From Lepidodermella squamata (taxonomy: Eukaryota > Animalia > Gastrotricha): 64,000 nucleotides of DNA. Below, in pieces: positions 1-12,961 of this stretch. The notes under the pieces were generated by a model. It was given only the letters and a program-made list of their open reading frames with translations, ran no database searches and was not told the DNA's origin. The position numbers and the translations under genes were made by a program. Each line of letters starts with the position of its first letter. Positions within the stretch are counted from its first letter, which is position 1. The stretch is taken from NCBI GenBank assembly GCA_047495785.1, contig JBLDXI010000019.1:868001-932000 (forward strand). The letters run 5' to 3'.

Positions 1-3000
1 ACTGATAAGTGGCTGTGAACCCATTCGCGCTGATTGAAGGCGAGCCGGCATTCGCTACGATCGGTGGAGTGGTTTTCCGGCAATTGGGAGCTAAAATTAA
101 ATGAATTATTTTTACTCATGAAAATTCATAAAAATAAATTACTAGTAATTGAAGCTTTAAGGTAAGGATTGCCTTGAACCGAAATCGAGCTAACAGCCAC
201 TGTGCTAAAAGACCTGCGAACTCGCCGATTTCCAGTCAGTAAAGAACCGCCGGACCAAATTATATCCGAATGATTCATTGGAATTGCAAACGCTTCAACG
301 TTATCGGTAGTCAAAGGAATAGGGGCTGACGTGTCGTAGATGCTATCGTATTGTACGCCGAGAAAATCGCCAGGTAACGCTAAAATTCGGTTATTCTCAG
401 GCACGATGAAGTCCTGCTCATCGGTCGTTCGAGGGGTGAAAGTGTTGAAACCGACCAGCTGGTAAGTCCCGCCCGGTCTCGTCCGCCAGACCGTTAAATA
501 AATCGTAGTATCAGTTTCAATCGGCTTTAACCGCCATCTCCAGATATAGCCACCGCCTTGGCACTGGTTTAACGGCGAATTGGGGAATAAATACGTGTAA
601 GACGTTACTGTACGAGTCGGCCGGGTGAAATTTGTCAAACCAGCTAGGCAAGACTCGCCAGGTTGGCAGTTGACGTCAATAGGGACAGACCACGCGCCAC
701 GCGATCCACAAATCGCTCGAAAAACAGCGGATTTCGGCGACGGCTCGTAGCCTCCTCGACACGTGTAAGTGATTGATTGATTGAAATTAGCTGAATTCGC
801 ACTTGGGTCCGCATTTTCATACGACGGAGGCGGGGCCGGGCAGTTGGCGACTGAAATTTCCGCCCAGGCAGCTGGTAGAGCAATTCGAGACTCTAAGATC
901 ATTCGATCTCTTGAAATCGAATAAAACCTAGGCCCGCCGCCCATTTGATACCCGAAAACATTGCGGACTGTGTAAGCGTCCCATAGCGAGTTCAGATTAT
1001 TACCGCCTAATGACTCCCTGGTAATAGCCGATAGCAACGGGACGTCGAAAGGCGACATGTAATGCATCCCGATGACGTCATTCTGCTCGACTGGTATGAA
1101 TTCACCCGGTTTTAGAATGATAGTGTTAGTGCCTACGACACTTGGGACAACCTTCGTGAGACCAACGAGGTTATACGACGAGTCAATCAAACGCCAGACT
1201 GCTAGATAAGCTGATGCGTTGGTAGCAGGATCGGCATAGGCTGCGTAATACCGCCACTGGGTGATCATACCCGGGCAGGCGATTGGGTTGTTGTGGAAAA
1301 TGTACAAGCCCATGGATAACACCGAAAAGGTCCGGCCAGTCGGGTCGTTCCCAATCGAGCGGCAACTGGCTGGGGTGACCGCGTAGCCGCAGATCGGAGG
1401 CGTCCCGGTGAAACGATTGCCCCTCTGGCAGGTTATTGAAGCCGAACCCGCTCGAATAATACGGCCGCCTACGCAGGTGTAAGTAACACTTGAACCCAGC
1501 GCGACTGCGTCAGTGCCGTTGACAGTGGCCCAGGAGTCTTCGACGAATGGGGCGTTATCGCAGGTTTCTGACGGTGTAATGCTGGCGCTGAACATGGTCA
1601 TGCGGTAGTTAGGCATTAAAGCCCCGAAATCGAGTGGTTGACGGTTCCATGTTGTAGACATGTCAGTCAAAATATCGCTCGCGTCATACTTTCCAATGTA
1701 TACGTTGAGGAGACCAGCATCTAAAAATTGAATTTTTTAATAAGGCTTAAAGTTTAGTTAAAATTCTTCGACAAATTTCAAAAACCTGCAAGGCCATTTA
1801 TTTTTGCAATTTTTTAATAATTTGTTTGAAGTACAAATAACTAACCTGAAAAGTTTTGCGTGTAATTGCTTGCAAAGCCGAGTGTTGTAACGTTAATCGG
1901 CAGCTCTTTTGACTCGTAAAAATAGCCAATGACGTCGCCGGTTTTAACGACAATCGGAGGATTCGCAGGCACGGTGACATCCTTCAACCCGGAACCAACG
2001 TATGGTACATATTTTGTCGCGCCAACCAGGGTAAAATTGCTCGGCTGGGAAGAGGGCCGCCAGACGGCAAAATAAACCGGCTCTTCATCGTCACGAATAA
2101 AAGCTAGAAGAAAGGACATCAAAATTTGAAAAATAAACACAAAATTGCCAACCTTTCCAACTTCTGACAATGCCGTTACATTTGAATGCCAAGTTCGGGT
2201 AAACAACCGCGAAAGAGCTGCCCTCTAAAATTGTGCTGTTATACGTAAAATTCGCCCCAACCGTGCAAACTCCGCCCCTTTCCGTCACAGTCGTGGTAGT
2301 AGTAGTGGCCGTCGTCGAACTCGTTAACGTTGAGATTGTAGTAGTTCTTGAGGTCGTTTGACCAAATGGCGTGGTTGTGCTACTAGCTGTTGTAGTCTCC
2401 CGCTCTGGCCTAGTAGTTGTGGTGGTTGAAGTCGTTCGAGGGGACGTTCGAACTGTGGCATCAGTCACCACGCCACCCGTGACCGGATTGAAAGTCGGCG
2501 GGGTCCCGGGTGAAGTTGTGACAGTCGAGGGTGGCCGTTCCCCGGCGACCAATGCAAGCAACGGGTGTCTCAAGGTATAAACCTGGAACTCGTCAAGAAA
2601 TGCATAATCACCACCGATTTGGGTCGGCATATTAGTTGCATCGTACAAAGCGGCAACTGATAGGTAGACCTTATCGACATAACCGGCTCTGAACTCATCC
2701 ATACCGGCGAACGGGATGACAAATAGCTCTTTCGGCGTCTCGTAATGAGGGTAATGAATTCCCAAAACATCGAAAGCTCTAACTTGGAATTGCATATTCG
2801 AAGGGATGTTGTAAACATTTATTCCAACATTTGTCGTCCAAACTCGGTGAGTTCCAATCAGCTGCATGGTTGGCCCGATTTGCCGCCAGACGTCTAAGTA
2901 GATCACGTGAGGTGCGGTCATGCTGTAGAAAATCCATTGCTTAGTCAATCCCGTACAACCGACGGTTAGATTGAAGAAGACGTGGAGTAAGCTTGAATAG

Positions 3001-6000
3001 CTAGTTCCCGAGAATTTGTTGACATTATCGAATCGGGGAATGTTACTGCTGCACGTTAACAGACCAGGGCAAGCTGGCGGGGGAGTCCATTGCCCTTCAA
3101 TTGTGCAGTAGCTAGCTGTTGGTCCGAAAGCAGGTCCGTTGCTGCACTGGTAATTAGCGGTGAAGCCGTTGCCACTTCTCTGAGCAGCTGCTGCGGTAAT
3201 TACAGACGGGGTAGGGACATCAGCACAATCAGGGGCTAAATTTGAGAGAAATTATACAAATTAAATTTTTAAATAAATCTAAAAATTCACCCTAGATCAA
3301 AATATTTTTTAAATATTAAGAAATAAAAAAGTAAAAACTTTTAAGAAAATTTGAATAACAAATTCATCAGTTAAAAATTAAAAAAATTAAATTGAAAGAA
3401 AATTCAGGCTATTAATTTCGGGACAATTTTGCAAAAGGACGCGAATTTACAACCCAATCCATGAGCTAAGGTAGCTTCTCTTTTTCATCGAATTTTTTAA
3501 ATTTCCGAATTAATTTCAAGCTAAATTGAAACTGCAGCATAAATTATAAAAAGAATAGTTACTTGAAATCGAAGCTCTAAGCAACGGATTTCCTTGCGTT
3601 GAGACAACAGAACTCGAGACACTGACGACCCCACCGTTCCAGATTATATCCGTATGAGTGAGAGGCAACGCAAAAACTTGAACTGCATCCGCCGTAAGCG
3701 CTACCACACCTGTCGCCTCATCCGCTGATTCATAGTGAACACCGACGAAATCCCCAGGTAGGACCAAAATTCGAGCTACAGGTGGGACAATAAAGTCCTG
3801 TTCATCAGTTGATGATGCGTTGAACAGGTTCACGCCGACTAGGCGGAACGCAGCTGAACTGATTTGTCGCCAAACTGCGAGGTAAACCGGCATTTTCGTG
3901 GCAAAAGGCCTTAATCGCCAGCGCCATAGAAAACCGCCACCCTGACAGCCGGAAAAGGTGAGCCGCGGAAATAAATAGGCGTAAGATCGAACGGTTCGAA
4001 TGACAGAACTTGTTGATAAAATTCCGGCAGAACAAGACTCGCCAATTTGACATTTTATCGTATCAGGGGTCGTCCAATGACCTTCCGGTAGACAAGTTGT
4101 CGCGAAAGAGACATTTCTATTCACAGGTTCGAAACCGCCCCGGCATGTGTACGCAGCTGTTTGATTGACAACCCCGCTTAAAACCGTAGTTCTGGTGTTC
4201 GGAATTAAAGGAGGCGGGGTTGGGCAAGATGGAGTTGAAGTGGTTGCTTTCAGAGCCGGAACTGCGTACCAGGTTTTAAGATCCAGCGAAACCGATGGGT
4301 TGAAAAAATCGCCGGGGCCCCCGAGTTTGTAACCGAAAGCTGTTGTCGAGACATAAGCATTCCAAAGCTGATTTTCCGCATATTGCCCTCGATTTTGTTT
4401 TGTATTTGCCGTGATAATCGCCTCGTCAACTGCAAATTTTCAAAAAATTAAATGATAAGTTTCAACTCAGTAGAACTTACAGGGTGACATGTAGAAAAAG
4501 CCAAGGACATCTCGCTGTTGGAAAGCTATGAACTGCCCAGGTTGGAGAATTATCGAGTTCATGCCGACTGATTTCGGCGTAGCTTTCGTCAAATTCACCA
4601 GTAGATAGCTATCTGAGGCTAACGGTCGCCATACAGCCAGGAAAACCGACGCATTTCTACTTGGATCAGCGTAGGCCGCGAAATAGTCCCATTGGGTGAT
4701 GACCCCACTACAGCCGAACGGGTTGCTCGGGAAAATGTAGAAGCCAATAGGTAATACGCTGTAAGACTGGTCAGATCGCGGATTGCCGCCGAAAGATGCG
4801 CCACAGCTACTCGGCGGTAGAGCGTACGCACATTGCGGCGGGGCTGGAGACCAGTTATTGCCCGATTGGCAGGTAATGGTAGCGGATCCTGTGATTCTTG
4901 TACCCCGAACGCAGGTGTAGGTAACCGTAGCTCCTGATGGAAGCGATTGGTTGTAGTTCACAACATTAGCCTCAGCGAACTCCACAAATGGAACAGAGGG
5001 ACAAAACGGTGATCTGACTACACTCGCACTTATCGGGGTAGTAGGGTAACCCCTGATAAGCGGGCCGTTAAATTCAAGCGTTTTCGCCGGTAAAATCTGA
5101 CTGGATTTGTAACGAGCGATGTAGACGTCGTGCACGTTCAATTTGTTGTTTTTCGTCGTGTCATTTGTTACCGTTCCCATGGCGACGACTCGGGTGGCAA
5201 CTTGGTCGCTTTCGTAGAAAAATCCGATAAAATCACCGCGTTGAACGACAATTTGTTGCCTGGGATCGGTGAAGTTGTATATCCGAAAGCCGCGGCCGTC
5301 GTAAGGAACGATGAAATTAGCCCCGGCCAACTGGAATTGGTTGCTACGATTCGTTGGTCTCAGAACAGCGAGATAAAACGGTGCCTCGTCAACCCTAACG
5401 AAAGCTAAAACAACGACGAAAATTGAAAGAATAAGAAAAATTCTCAAAATTACTAGTCCAAGATCTCAGCACTCCAGAGCAAGGGAAGGTCCAATTTGGG
5501 TAGAAAACAGCGAATGAGCCGCCTTCTTGAAGTTGGTAAGAACGGTCAACGTTTTGAACCCCAGCCGAGCATGACGCGATCGGATCTGTCGTGGTCGAAG
5601 ATGTTGAAGTCGACGTGATTGCAACATTCGGCAGGCTTGTCGTAGTTTGACCCGGTGAAGTTGTAGTAGCTTGAGTTGTCGTAGTATCAACCTGCCGACC
5701 CGGAGTGATTGCACCGCTAGTTGTAGTTGTCACAAAATAAGTCCAAGTTGTAGAATCAGTGATCGATCCAGGTGTTGGTGGGGTGGTCCGTCTTGTCCGG
5801 TCTGGCATGGGAGTTGTAACCGCATCACCAGCTACTAACATCAACGCCGGGTTTCGAAGTACGTAAGACTGAAATTCTCCGATAAATGAGTACATCTGGC
5901 CCGGTTTCACTGGAAAATTGACCATGCCATACAGCCCAATCACAGTTAGATATAACCGGTCCACAATGCCCAAATTGACCTCATCAGCCCCAGCGTAGGG

Positions 6001-9000
6001 AATTACGTACAGCTCGAAGGGTGTCTTGTAATCAGAATAATGAACTCCAAGGCAGTCGGTAGGTTGGACGTCGAATTGAAATGCGTCAGGAATGTCGTAA
6101 ATGACGATACCCGTGTTATTTGCCCAAATTTTGTGAGTCCCAATTAGCATCATAGTCGGGCCCATTTGCCGCCAAACACTCAGATAGACAGTATGAGGCG
6201 CGGTGAGGCTGTAAAAAACCCACTGCTTCGTTTTGCCCGAGCAACCGACGGTTAAATTCATGAAAATATGCATGAATGTCGAGTAGCTGTAGCCAGTATA
6301 ACGAGGGACGTTCGCGAAATCTGGCATGAAACTGCCGCAGGCAATCGCTCGGCCACAAGCCGGAGGTTCAGACCACCTCGCGTCAAGGCCACATTGAATT
6401 GAGGGGGACCCGTAAATCGTACCCGGGCACTGGTAATTCGCGAAAAGGCCGTTGTTACTGATCTGAGCCGCGCCAGCATTTCTCACGACTGGGGTGGGTG
6501 TTAACGAGCAATCAGGGGATGCAACACTGGCGGACATCAAAGGTCGACCCAAAATTATACTCGCGTTGATTACGACGAATGAATTCGCCCCAATCGTGAT
6601 ATCATTCCCATCAGCGTAGTACAGCCGATTTCCAGACCAGGTTATGTTGCTATGAGATACCGGCATCGTGTAAGCTATTGAAGCTTTGTCAACGACAAGG
6701 CCTACAACTGACGATTCTGTGGAGACGTAGGAGTAATGGAATCCGATAAAATCCCCAGTTCGTACGAGAATTCGTTGCTTCGGTGGGATAATAACAAATT
6801 GATCGCCAGGCGATTTCGGGGTGAACTGGTTCACGCCGACCAGCCTTGCCCCTTGCGTCTGGCCGGGTAACGGCCGCCAAACTGCCATGAAAATAGTCCG
6901 ATCGGCGTATTGCGGCTGGATGCGCCATCTCCACAGATAGCCACCACCATTACAAGTCGAGAATTTAATATCCGGAAATAAGTAAGTCCAAGTCGCTGTG
7001 TAGAGTACACCAGGGCCGGATGATAACGACCCGGCTGAGCAGGTTTCAGCGATCCGACATGTAACAGGCGATGGAGACGACCATTGGCCGTTTCCGAGGC
7101 AAGTCACGGTAATAGGGGTTGATGAATTCGAAAGCTCAAACCCTGCTCGGCAGCGGAATGTAACCACTTGCCCGGCAGCTGCCGTGGTCGAACCAGCTGG
7201 TACAGCGTTTTCGATAACAGGTAGCGGTCCTAAGCATGCAGGTTGGCCCAGGGTTGCTCTCAAAGCCGGAAAAGCCAGTTTCGGGTAATAAGTCAGTAAG
7301 TCAATTGGTAATGAATAAAAGCCAGGGCCATTTTCCATTTGGTAACCAAATAAATTTGTAGACACGGCTGCGTCCCAGAATACGGTCGGATTCTGAGCCA
7401 GATTAACCGAGACAATAGGATTGTCATCTAGAAGCAAAAAAAGCAGATAAAATTCATTTATTCTAAAATTTTAGTAGCTAACAGGGTGACATGTGATGAA
7501 ATCCCATAACATCGCCTCTCCTAAAAGGAATAAGCTCTCCAGGCCGCAAAATTACAGTATTCAAACCAAGTCGCTTAGGAACAGCCTTTGTGAAATTGAC
7601 CCAGAGATACCGGTCTCCATTTCGGCGCCAAATCGATAGGTAAACTGAAGCGTTTCCTGTCGTGTTGAAAAACGATGCGTGATAATCCCATCTTGTGATA
7701 ACTCCATCGCAATTGATCGGATTGTTGACGAATATGTAGACACCGTTCGGAACCGGGCGATAGACTCCGAATTGCCTTGGATCATCTCCCAAGGCTTGGC
7801 ATGATCCTAGTTGGTAGTTATAGCCGCAGACGGGCAGTGGCGAGGACCAACTACCGCTTGGTTGGCAGGTTAAAATCCCCGAAGTTCCGTCAACAAATGT
7901 CGACCCGTTCGTGCAGTTGTACCGAATTGAACTGCCGACAGTTACAGTGCCGCCTGACCTGAAACTCGCCACGGCTAGGTCGACCTCAGGAACTGAGACG
8001 CAAACAGGGCGCCTTTCGACCTGGCCGCTGATCGGGGACAATCGGTACCGCCGCAACACCCCGCCGAAGTCGAGAGTTTGTTCCTGATCTACCGGTATCA
8101 ACTCCCGTTTGCTATAACCTGCGATGAAAACGTCCGTTAAATCAGTTCCGGCGTAGAAAGGCGATTCGATGATTGGCCCGTGAAAACTGAGAGCCACCAC
8201 TTCGGTTGAAGTTTCACTGCTTTCGTAGAAGTAGCCGATAATGTCACCAGCGCGAACTGTGATTTGCTCCTCCGGTTTAACCGCGTAAGTTCGACGACCG
8301 ATGCCTTCATAAGGTACGATCATATTCGCGCCGACCAGGTAAAATTTTCCTGTATCTTCCGACCGTCTCCACACAGCCATGTAAAACGGAGCCTCGGCAG
8401 CTCGAACATACACTAAAAAATATTGAATAAATCTAAATTATTTTTAATTAATGAAAAATTACTCGTCCAAGACCGAACGATCCCAGAACAAGTTATGGTC
8501 ATGTTCGGAAATACTACTGCGATCGAGCCACCCTCAATTTGCGGGTAGTAGCTTTGAACGTCTACCCCGGGATTGCAGAACGGACTCTGAGGCGTCGTTG
8601 TGGTTGGGAATGTTTGCGTTGATGGGAAAGCAGACCATGGGGCGAGAGTGGTGTCAACCTGGCGCCCGGGTGTTGGAAATGGTGACCAGCTAGTCGAAGT
8701 CCGCGATGTTGACCATGGCGCCCAATTCGACCAGCTTGTCGACGTGGTAAAACCTGAACCACCCCATGAAGTAGTGACAGGAGCAGCAGTTGTAGTGATT
8801 GAATCATCGGCTGGAACTTCGATTATTCGAGTATCTTAAAGAAAAATGCATGGCTACGCTAGATCTTCATCAATATTGCGAGCAAATTACTTGAAACACA
8901 GCCATTATCGAATGTGGTTGTTATTTCGTCAATAGCAATGTTGCTGTAAGGGGTAAGAACGCTCGTAGCTTCGAAAACCAGGACGAAGGACTGAAAATAC

Positions 9001-10320
9001 CAAAAATTAAATTAACTTATAAAAATTTCGCCGAATTTACATCAACGCCGGGAAATAAATTCGAGAGTGGAAAGCTAGCAGTAGCGTTGTTCCAGGTCTC
9101 ACGTGTCGACTGAGGGCCAACACGGCTGAAAATGAGCGATTGCGTTGGTGCAAATAAATTCCCAGATTTTTGGCGGACGTAAAGTGTTAATTTCCCTGTC
9201 GTCACGCCGAACATGTGGTAGAAAAATGCGATATTAACGCAGCCGGAGTTACTGCCGTAGTTTTGAACTGGCAGTGGCGAGCTAACTATTTTTGCTTTTT
9301 CAAAGTAATGCCCGGTCGATTCCGTATAGAGATAAGAAGCTGAAAGAAAAATAACTCATTCAAACTCAATTAGTACGGCTAAATGTCTTACGAGAGCTTG
9401 CCCTCGCTCCACTTTGAGGACCGCTCAAGGGGGTGAACGTTGGGCCAGTTTGCCAGGACCAGTCGAATGATTTGTATGGAACCGGAGTGTGCATGTTGTC
9501 AAAGCCGCACATATTATCCTCGAAATTGCAAAAATAACCGCCATTTTGAGTATTCCAATTATTGTTATCAGGTAATTCGCAGCCGCCGGGGTAAAATCTC
9601 AGTTCATCAATGGCCATATCAGACCTGGGACCTCTTCCACGAATCGCAAAAAATTCAATCTAAAGAAAAATTGGATAAAACTGACATTTAAACAATTTAA
9701 ACAATATTAATCCAGCTTACATTGAATGCATCATTCGGGGAAACAGATAGCGATATCCGTTGCCACCGATTCCCAAGAGACTGGCCTCCAAACCTTGCGA
9801 CTTCACTCCGGTTACCGACATCATTGACCAAATTTACAACCAGGAAGCCCATAGAGCTCCCGTAGAAATGAGCAGCAAATTGCAAACAACACACTTCTGA
9901 CTGACAAAATTGACGAGTAGTTCTCATGTAAGCGGTTGAGCCAAAGTCGCCCAGAGAACTATCCACGACGTACAGATAACCTGTAGAATATCACGTAAAT
10001 ATCAAAATGAAACTGAAAAAAATCGATCGAACCATCTGCTTTTCCCGTCGTGTAATCAAAACTTGGACCCGTTGGCGCTTCAACGTCGCCATAGGCAGAT
10101 GTCCACCGCCAACCGAACCCAGTTTTGTGGTAAGTAAGATCCATGTTGCATGGACCACAAGTAGCGCAGTCGCCGTTTTCGAACGAACATTGTATATCGC
10201 CGGCGACTAAAAACATGAAACGTTGTGAAATAAAGGTGATGACACGAATCTTTCAAAACCTGAGGGAATTATCACCAATAGTGCTATTACCAATTCGATC
10301 ACGAAGTATTCATCGTTCAT
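1..10320 (-). CDS. Large secreted/extracellular mosaic protein: signal peptide, 2 MAM domains, then repeats of Thr/Ser-rich linker + four ~140-aa unrecognised domains interleaved with Sushi/CCP domains; multi-exon, 3' end outside window
   Basis: Exon 1 (10320-10260) splices via a 53-nt GT-AG intron to give MNDEYFVIELVIALLVIIPSVAGDIQCSFENGDC. MAM hallmarks: CSFE..C, GP..D.T.G, C.L.F..H.YG..MG.L, MAIDE, CNFEDNMCGF. CCP hallmarks: VTYTC..G..I.GSA.ITCQ.G..WS..PP.C. The ORF-track pieces join through ~50-nt introns. Confidence 0.85.
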
Positions 10321-12042
10321 CTCGGTCAGACAAAACGACAAATATCAAGTCATATTTTTGCTGATTCAGGCAAAAAATCAGCCCCAATATAGCAGCTTAT
10401 AATTTATATGTTGCTTGGAAACATGCGCTATGCGTAGCCTCATTCACAACAGTATGAGCGGAGTCTTCAAGCAAATTTTGCTCATTTGGAATATTCATGC
10501 AGCTCAGGTATTCAGACTATCCATTCATCACTGGGCACGTCCAAAACAAATGCCGGCAAGAGCCAGTCAGTATTAAAGAAATACATCCTTTTCATTTGTA
10601 TGCGTGCACGATAGCGAATTTTTAAACTCATTTAAATTGCTTCAGAAATATTCATATTTAAGCTTAAAAGTATATTTCTCAGTTATCGAACATATGATAA
10701 ACACAGTCAATAGCTGTACATAGCCCTATCGATTTCTCATAATATAATAATAATGAAAGTGAATTTCACTTAACTCCATTCAGCTTGGTAAATCGTTTCG
10801 ATTTACATTGTCGTGCGACGAATTGTACATGCGTGAAGTCATACAAATACAAATTGGGACTTTTCGCGGAAATTTCCCGTGAAAATCGCCGTGCCCTATG
10901 CCTAGATATTTGAAAATAGGTAAATATTTGAAATCTATGAAGCCAGCGATAATTTTTACTGTAACTAAAGATCGCTGAATCCGATTATTTGTACGCAGTC
11001 ATAGCAAATTTAATCACCTACAAGGACACAAAAGCAAAGTGCAACAAAAAATCTTCAAAAAATACGATACCTACAGAAAAAATACGTTATAAAGAGCATA
11101 AGTGAGAGAAGCACTCGATTCGGAACAAACTATAAAACCATAGATGCATTTGAAATCGGCAGGAAAAAGATTCAGTTACTGAAGCGAAAGCATGCGTCAA
11201 GCATGTAGGTTGCTGTCGCTAAAACTGCGGCGAATGCTTGTAACGCAAGAAATAGCGTAAAGACTGGCATCCTTGTTCAGAGCCTCTGATTAATTCTGGG
11301 ATGAAAATTTTCACATGCATCTCAGTAGCAGCGATACCTCAGAACATCTCAATTAGCCGAAAAGGAGACAGACGGGCTTGGATGACCATCTTTCATTAAG
11401 CCGTTTCGAATTGTAACCAAGAGAAATTATTCCCAAGCAATTGCAACCTAATTGATTGCTCCCTAAAGCGCTGTGCCCTGGCATTACGACATCAAGCAGT
11501 TAACAACCAGAGTTAACGCGACAGGCAGTTTTTCCAGCAGCCACACAACATGCCACAACAGCATGCAGTAGTCTCACAAGACTCACCATCATAAGGTGTT
11601 TCTCTCGCCCTGCTCTAATATTCCCATGGAAGATAACATTTTTCATGGAGTTGAAGTCTTTCCTAACCATAGCCATCAGAGGTAATAACTGTTCTCCATT
11701 CATAGAAATTACAAAGAAACGACATAAGTATAAGTATCATCATCCTCATCATCATCATCATTTTATTGCTTACCTTCAGATTGCACCACGTTTGATTCTA
11801 TAAAAGAATAACAGTATTTAGGAATGGATTTATAAATGGGCAAAGAGAGGGCGTAAGTATGGCGACACCGTTTAAGGCAAATAGCCAACGCCGATTGATA
11901 GGGAGTAAATGCGGGAATTAAGCATATTAATGTCGCAATCACCTTCATTAAGAAATGGCGGCGGGCAATATCTCGACGTAAAGACTGAGAAACTAATGCC
12001 TGAGAAGCTATGGACCATTCGCTTTGGAGCCGCTCCGTACTT

Positions 12043-12545
12043 GGTGATTTAAAGAAGGAGCTGAGCTCAAAAAGGAGCTGAGCTCAATGGAGCTGAGCGC
12101 TAACGGAGCTGAGCTCCCTGAAAACCGCGCGCGGTCAAGTCAAAGGCCAAGTTCATGGAACAATGTCGGTTTTAATACCAAAATATAGATCGTTCAATTC
12201 TCTATCGATCGAATGTAGATTTCTCGATGGAAAAAATCAATCAGAAAAAAGTTTTACGCCCATGCTAGATTGCGTATTTAAGTGTGCATATCGCTTGAGA
12301 GTGCGCGCAAATGGCATTAATTTATTTACCAACTTAACTTTTTCCTGTTTAGTTTTTCGAGCGACAAACCTATATTCAGTCGATAGAGAATTGAACTATC
12401 TATATTTTGGTATTAAAACCGACATTGTTCCATGAACTTGGCCTTTGACTTGACCGCGCGCGGTTTTCAGGGAGCTCAGCTCCGTTAGCGCTCAGCTCCA
12501 TTGAGCTCAGCTCCTTTTTGAGCTCAGCTCCTTCTTTAAATCACC
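12043..12545. mobile_element. Palindromic MITE / foldback element (503 bp)
   Basis: GGTGATTTAAAG... at 12043 and its reverse complement ending at 12545. Arms are near-perfect for ~165 bp and degenerate out to ~215 bp, with four subterminal GGAGCTGAGC repeats per arm. No clear TSD. Confidence 0.9.
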
Positions 12546-12961
12546 GAATCTGAGGGGGCGCTTTGGAACATTGAGAGCAATTTTATGGAAGCAATGCAAT
12601 GCATGGCGCCTGATATCTAGAACGGCTCTCTCCTATGGCTTTCACTATGTATTTATCGCATAGCCCATGTTACCTATCCGATGTGATGATCGTTACAATC
12701 GAGGACAACCATCGGGACAATACGCAATACGTGTCGAATGGTCCAAGGAAATGTAAACGTTTCCATGTGTTCAGCTTTTGAAGTTACCGCCAGACCTTGA
12801 ATTACCATAAAAACTTGAGCACATGAAAATTATGAGCAAAACAAAATAATTTATAAATCAGAAAACATATTTTTCAATTGGGAGATTGCCGCCCCCGGGT
12901 TTATGCGAAATGACGCTTTCGTTTGGTAGTTTTCGTGGTGTAATTGAATTTACATTTTTGA

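Noticed and set aside
12056-12118. Regularly spaced GGAGCTGAGC repeats resembling a CRISPR or iteron array
   Set aside because: Spacers are only a few nt, the context is eukaryotic, and they are subterminal repeats of the MITE.
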